From NCBI GenBank assembly GCA_000388065.2, contig KB932202.1: a stretch of 13,539 nt of DNA; one strand, given 5' to 3'. The DNA comes from Fonticula alba ATCC 38817 (lineage: Eukaryota > Protista > Nucleariida). The notes beneath the pieces were generated by a model. The model did not search any database. It saw nothing but the letters and a program-made list of their open reading frames with translations, and was not told the DNA's origin. Made by a program: the position numbers and the translations under genes. Of the stretch, positions 8,550-13,539 are shown piece by piece (position 1 is the stretch's first letter; every line of letters starts with the position of its first letter).

Positions 8550-9767
8550 ATGGGCGCCCTGACGCGCGTCCGACGCCTGCCCACATGGCGGCTGCTCGAG
8601 CTGGCGATCTATGTATGCGTGCTGGTGGCCGTTCTGGCAACCCTGACTCCATGGGCGTCGAGAGAGCTGACCACCATCTGCCTGGCTCGGGGGACCGGCG
8701 GGCGGATGTCCTGCCGGGGGTTCCTGCGAGGGAGCTGGCTCACGGAGAACATTCTGCGCGGGCGTCTGATCGATCTGGCCGATCACCAATGGCGCGCGTA
8801 CCGCAACAACATCCCCCTCTTGCTCGGTGGAACCGGGGCCATCGTCCTCGTCGGGGCTCTTCTCCGGGCCTTGACTGACCGCCGAAACCGCGGCAAGCCC
8901 GGTGCCTCGACCTCTCCGCCCGCTGGGCCTCTGGTGGTCTGGCATGCGGTGGCCGGTGGCCTGTTGGTCCTGGTGATGTTCCAGTCCCATGTGGTCTTTC
9001 CATTGGCCTTCATCCTGGGCAACTATCTGCTTGCCAGGGCGGTGGCCCGCCGGCCGCGCATCGCCCCGGCAGCCATCTGGACCTACAACCTGCTGGTGCT
9101 CCTGCTGTCGGAGTGGCTCGGCCCCAACTTCTTCCAGTATTCCACCCTACTTGACATTCCGGTTCTCGGGGATGCCTTCCAGGCGGTGGGGCTTCGGACG
9201 GTATTCTATCGCTTGGATATCAGCCTGTCCGGCATGCAGAGCTGGCGCTCCGGCTACAATTTGACCATGCTGCGCTTGGTCAGCTATGCCATGGATTACC
9301 ACTGGGCCGCGTGCCGTCGGCGTGAGGGGTCCCTCCCGCCTGGCAGCCAGTCCAAGACCTCGGCCCTGGGAGAATCGACCCGCCACAAGGCCCCTGCCTC
9401 TTCGCCCGGTGCCCTGGAGCAGCACATGCGCACCGACTGCTCACCCGAGATGTACCGGTCATTGGTGCTGTACCTCGGCTACATTCTCTACCCGCCACTC
9501 TTCATCGCCGGCCCCATCCTCTCATTCAATGGGTATGCCCACCAGACTCGAACGCACGCGGGGCAGACGGCAGTTCGTGGCTGGTGGCTCGTCTTCTATG
9601 CCTTGCGTGCCTGCTTCGGCTTGGCCCTCATGGAAGTGCTCACGCACTACCTGTGGCCATGGGCTGTGACACGCTCCGGCGCCTACCAGCTTTTGGATGC
9701 ACTTGCGTACGTGGATGTCCTCTCGGCCTTTGTCTTCGCACAACCGGAAAATCCCCCTCCATCTCAC

Positions 9768-9822
<55 letters not shown>

Positions 9823-11094
9823 CCTACCCAATGGCCCGTGGCGTGTGCGCAAATGCAAATCCACCGCCACTGGCCTCGCCCCGATGGCAGGACCGGCCTG
9901 CTGGGGTACTTTGCTCTGCATCTGATTTGGTTGAAATTTTTCACCATCTGGCGCTTCGCCCGGCTGTTTGCCCTGATCGATGGCATCGACACTCCGGAGA
10001 ACATGGGCCGCTGCATGTCCAACAACTACAGCCTGCAGTCATTCTGGCGCGAGTGGCATCGGTCCTTCAACCGCTGGCTGGTCCGGTACCTGTATGTGCC
10101 CCTGGGCGGGTCGGCCCATCGGTGGCGGAATACCCTGCTGGTGTTCACCTTCACCGCCCTGTGGCATGATCTGGAACTGTCGCTCCTGGCATGGGGCTGG
10201 GTGCTGGCCATCGTCATTGTGCCGGAAACCCTGCTCACCACATGGGCCCGACACCCGCGCCAGGCGTGGCTCCGCGATCGGTGGTACTACCGCCATCTGT
10301 GTGCGATCACCGCCGCATGCAATATCTTCTTCATGATGGCCATCAACTTGATTGGCTTCAGCACCGGCCTGGCCGGGACCCACCGGATTCTGGTGATGCT
10401 CTTCACCACGGCCCGCGGCTGGTCCGTGGTCCTTGGCGCGATGGCCACCTTCTTCTCCGCGGCGCAGGTGATGTTCTTCCTGCGCGAGGTCCAGGATGGT
10501 GCCGAGAGTGGCGGATCGCCAGCTGGCGCCGGGGCCCCCGGGGCCACCGGGTCGCCGCTGCTTGCCGGGCAGCTCCTGTCACAGGGATATGCCCATGGCG
10601 GCGGGCACTTGGGAATGCCACTGTCACCATCCGCCCCGGGGTCTCAGCACCTTTTCTTCTCCCAGCAGCCCGGCCCTCGGCACGAGGAGCCCCCCATCCA
10701 AATGATCCACCTTTCGCCCAATGTGTCAGTGGATGAGTATGGTGTGCCATCGAAAAAGCCATCGGCCCCGGCTGCCACCACCGCCACCGCAATCCCCATG
10801 GCCTACACGGCCACCACCAGCGGCATGGGTCCAGGAGCAGCCCCTACCCCGCACATGTCCCCGGCACTTTCGGCCATCGGCACCGCCACCACCATCCCGC
10901 CCGGTAACAGCAGCAGCCTGCCAGACCATCATCCTCTGCATGCCTCACTCGATGGAGCACCATCCCTGGCAGCTGGGCGGCAAGTTCATCCAGCGAGCGA
11001 CTTCGCGGCCGGTCGCGATCGCCAATCCGTCGGTCGGCGATTCTCCCCGCCGGGCATGGCTGGCTTTTCGTCAGCCAAAGACCACGATGCTTGA
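8550..11094 (+). CDS. GUP1: GUP1/HHAT-family membrane-bound O-acyltransferase (MBOAT), most like the fungal GPI-remodelling Gup1; exons 8550-9706, 9891-11094; 786 aa
   Basis: Motifs DLADHQWRAYRNNIPLL, YNLTMLRLVSYAMDYHW, YILYPPLFIAGPILSFNGY, PENMGRCMSNNYS, FWREWHRSFNRWLVRYLYVPLGG, FTFTALWHDLELSLLAWGW (catalytic His present) and QVMFFLRE. The two overlapping ORFs join through intron 9707-9890 (GTACGT..GGCAG, phase 2). Further small introns or an upstream exon cannot be excluded. Confidence 0.92.
9765..9820. repeat. (CA)n microsatellite in the GUP1 intron
   Basis: Perfect (CA)24 at 9773-9820 preceded by CACACACG. Confidence 0.97.
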
Positions 11095-12198
11095 GAGCGG
11101 GCTGTTCCTCTTTTTTGCCTTTTCCCTCTCTCCCTCCCTCTCTCTCCTGTACTTCCTATCTTCGAACCTATGTCCTTGATGATCTTTCCCGCGTCCCCGC
11201 CCAAGATGGGGAGAATATATCCACACACAAACACACGCGCGCTTCCCTCTCCCCCTGGCCGGAGATCAGGCAAAAGATCGACTGCGCGAGAGCCGGAGCG
11301 TGCCCCCACATGCACCCCAATGTGACCACCCCGCCCCCTCGCCCCCCTCTCCTCCCTGTGCAGCAGGCATGCACACACACAGCGAAGAGAAAAGAAGAGC
11401 AAGCATGCGTCCCGATCGGAGCAAGGAAGGAGAGCCGACACACAAGGCCGCTTCACAGAGGGAGAGAGAAAGGGAGGGCGGAAGTTCGATTATTTAATGG
11501 AAGAAGGAGGAGGCAAGGAGAGGGAAAGAAGAAAGAGGGAAATGTCTCCCAGCCCAGGTCATCGCCTAGTCATGTCCATCACGGACCCGTTAAGGTCACA
11601 CGACGGAGCCACACAGGTAATGGTTTTAAGCGGGATGGCTGATGAGGCCGTTTGATCTGAGATACCTCTGGCCTCAGGGGTCAGTTCCTAATAGAGCCAC
11701 AAGGACTCTGTAAGGATCACTCCGAGGAATTCAAGTATCTCTGTGTCCGGTCCTCAGGCAAGGTGGCCATCGCCCGGGCGCCTCTATGACCCGAGTCCCG
11801 AGTCCGCGGGTGGCGAGCAAATTCTGGCGCCCTCCTGGTATCACATGCCTCCGGGGCGAAAATCGCTTTTTCGCCAGAAACATTTGATTGTGTCTTGTTC
11901 GATGGCAGTCCCGCACGGCCCTCGGTGAGGCGAGATGCCGCCGGGTCCCACCCCCCACAAGTCCCCCTCGCAATCAGCCGGCAGCACCCGCCCGCCGCCA
12001 GGTCCAAGCAAAGGGCAGGCCCGCCGGCGCGGGCCTCGCCTCCTCACGCGAAAGCCAGCCCTTCCAGCCGCTCGCCAGTCGTCGGCCTCCCCCCGTCCCC
12101 CTCCTTTGACGCCCCTTTGCTCCTCTTTGCCATCTCCTCCCCATCGCTCGCCATCCCCGCGCCCTGGTCCCCTCCCCCCCCCCTCACCCCTGAAGCGA

Positions 12199-13359
12199 AT
12201 GAGCGACCCAGCCGCATTCTTCCTCGAGTGGAAGCAGCAGCTCCTCGGAAGTCTACAGGCCTGCTTCCAGGGCGGTGGTGACCCCCGGACCCCGACACCG
12301 AGCGAACGCCAGCACCGTCTCCATGTTCAGCGCCTGCTGAGCCTCCGATCGTCAACATTCGTTGAGCAACTGGCCCGGCTGGACCCTGCTCGCGTTGACA
12401 CAAGCGTGCGCCTGTCCCCCTGCTGACACCCAGGCCCAACAGTCCAACCATGCTCACGCCCGCACGCAAACCCAAACCCCCCAAACCCCCCAAACACCAC
12501 TTGGCCCACTCCCGGTGACCGCATTGCTGTCACCGATGCAGCCCCTTCCGGCACCGTACAACGAACTGGCCACGGTGCACATCACCCGCTGTCGGCTGTT
12601 CATCCCGTTGGCTGAGGCCTTCCTGTCCCGGCAGCCGCGGCCGGCTGAACTCCATCGCCGACACTCGCCTGATGGCTGGAAGATCCACCCCCCTCTGGCG
12701 TCCACCCTCATTCAGACCGACCAGCAGGGCACCCCCACGGATGCCGAGCTTCAGCTCACGGCCGCGATGAACACATTTGCCACCACCCTTGTGGATGCCC
12801 TGTCCGATGCCTGCTCGGCCAGTGGCTCCCATTCCCAGCCCTCTGGCCTTCTGCCCCCGGCGGCCCTGCTACTTGGGTGGCTTTTGCGCACCGCCCTGAC
12901 CGACCTGCGCTATGGGGCCATATCCGCCGGCCTGGCCCATGGCAATGTCGTACGCTGTTCCAGCCAATTCCTCAGCCTCCTGGAAGCCATCCTGGGCATC
13001 AATGCCCCCTGCAACCTGGCCGGAGTGCGCTTGCGTGCCTCCCTGGCCCTATATGCCATGGTGCAGAGACTTGCACTGCAGGACCCGATCCGGAAGCTCT
13101 CTCGTGAGCTGGAAACCGCGCACAACCAGTTCAGTCGGCGCCTGCCATTAACCGTGGACGGCCAGCCGGTCTTCTGCCTCAAGAGGACCTCCGGCCTGAT
13201 GCTCCTGTCCTTGAACCCCCGGTTTTTCGGCGACTACGACCTGTCACTCCTCTACCAGCAGGTGGCTCGTGCCCTGCTACCGGCCAATGTACACGACGCG
13301 GTGCATTACTATCGCCAGGCCCTGCGCCACTGCCCTCCGACACACACTCGGACCATCGG
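12199..13359 (+). CDS. 5'-partial gene for an alpha-helical solenoid protein, tentatively a PCI-domain protein of the PCID2/Csn12/Thp1 type; exons 12199-12405, 12542-13359, continuing beyond the window
   Basis: Stop-free 818-nt exon missing from the ORF track because its frame runs off the window end. Intron 12406-12541 is GTGCGC..ATGCAG, phase 0; the next donor is GTGCGC at 13360. Translated segments PLPAPYNELATVHITRC, GWLLRTALTDLRYGAISA and LLYQQVARALLPANVHDAVHYYRQALRHCPP follow, in order, PCID2 motifs as recalled ([58 protein letters not shown]). Coding status is well supported; family identity is moderate. Confidence 0.6.
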
Positions 13360-13417
13360 GTGCGCGCCGATCTCCAAGCTGCCCGCCTCCCCCCCCGGCC
13401 AGGGGGCACCCGCTTCG

Positions 13418-13418
<1 letters not shown>

Positions 13419-13448
<30 letters not shown>
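13419..13448. repeat. G30 homopolymer inside the presumed second intron of the last gene
   Basis: Direct reading; the length may be unreliable in an assembly. Confidence 0.9.
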
Positions 13449-13449
<1 letters not shown>

Positions 13450-13539
13450 TGCACTTAGCCGCGTCATTGCTTGTTGGTGCGAGTGGTTGATCTCCCGCGC
13501 CGTCCTGTCCGGTTCCGATTGGCTGGTTCCGTTTTTCGT

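Noticed and set aside
8121-8990. 289-aa minus-strand ORF
   Set aside because: Antisense to GUP1 exon 1 and its leader, with no recognisable motif.
8343-11094. Two overlapping long ORFs suggesting a programmed frameshift or split gene
   Set aside because: Fully explained by a canonical phase-2 intron at 9707-9890 that restores a continuous GUP1 sequence.
8550-11094. Hedgehog acyltransferase or inactive HHATL
   Set aside because: The motifs follow fungal Gup1 more closely and the catalytic His is present; nothing in the window points to hedgehog signalling.
11639-11680. CTGATGA followed by a GAGGCC/GGCCTC stem: hammerhead ribozyme or C/D snoRNA?
   Set aside because: The stem is followed by AGGGG, not the required GAAA, so it is not a hammerhead core. 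The only nearby CTGA is ~11 nt after the C-box-like motif, too close for a terminal D box.
12468-12498. AAACCC-type repeats resembling telomeric sequence
   Set aside because: Irregular unit lengths, only 3-4 copies, intronic, and not TTAGGG-like; treated as low-complexity sequence.
1-13539. CRISPR array, transposon, retroelement, prophage or rRNA
   Set aside because: No regularly spaced repeats, terminal inverted repeats or LTRs, no transposase, RT or integrase motifs, and no rRNA signatures were seen.
13360-13539. Read-through of the last gene's frame across G30 as a poly-Gly coding segment
   Set aside because: A GTGCGC donor matching other introns lies at 13360 and the downstream sequence looks intronic; the open frame depends on an unreliable homopolymer length.

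Overview
GC-rich, intron-containing eukaryotic genomic DNA with short GT-AG introns, many (GA/TC)n, (CA)n and poly-G/C tracts, and one 85-N assembly gap. It is not prokaryotic or viral, and I see no CRISPR array, mobile element or rRNA/tRNA gene. Five spliced protein-coding genes can be rebuilt by hand: (1) a 72-aa twin-CX9C protein resembling the complex I assembly factor NDUFAF8 (+, 1709-2337, 3 exons); (2) ALG13 (-, 3445-2491, 4 exons, 194 aa); (3) phenylalanine-4-hydroxylase with an ACT domain (-, 6354-4183, 5 exons, 465 aa); (4) a GUP1-type MBOAT acyltransferase (+, 8550-11094, 2 exons, 786 aa, with a ~200-aa low-complexity tail); (5) an incomplete helical protein with tentative PCID2/Csn12/Thp1 similarity (+, from 12199, continuing past the window). 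An animal-like PAH plus a fungal-like GUP1 in such GC-rich sequence suggests a unicellular opisthokont, possibly Fonticula-like; this is inference only. I cannot support a clear-cut new biological system. The most interesting signals are gene-architecture ones: three PAH introns at the human positions and clustered 3', a splice-donor consensus with a pyrimidine at +4, frequent AAG acceptors, a recurrent CTTTT(T)GG(G)CC upstream motif, acceptor-like sites just before start codons, and evidence for two unannotated minus-strand transcripts.
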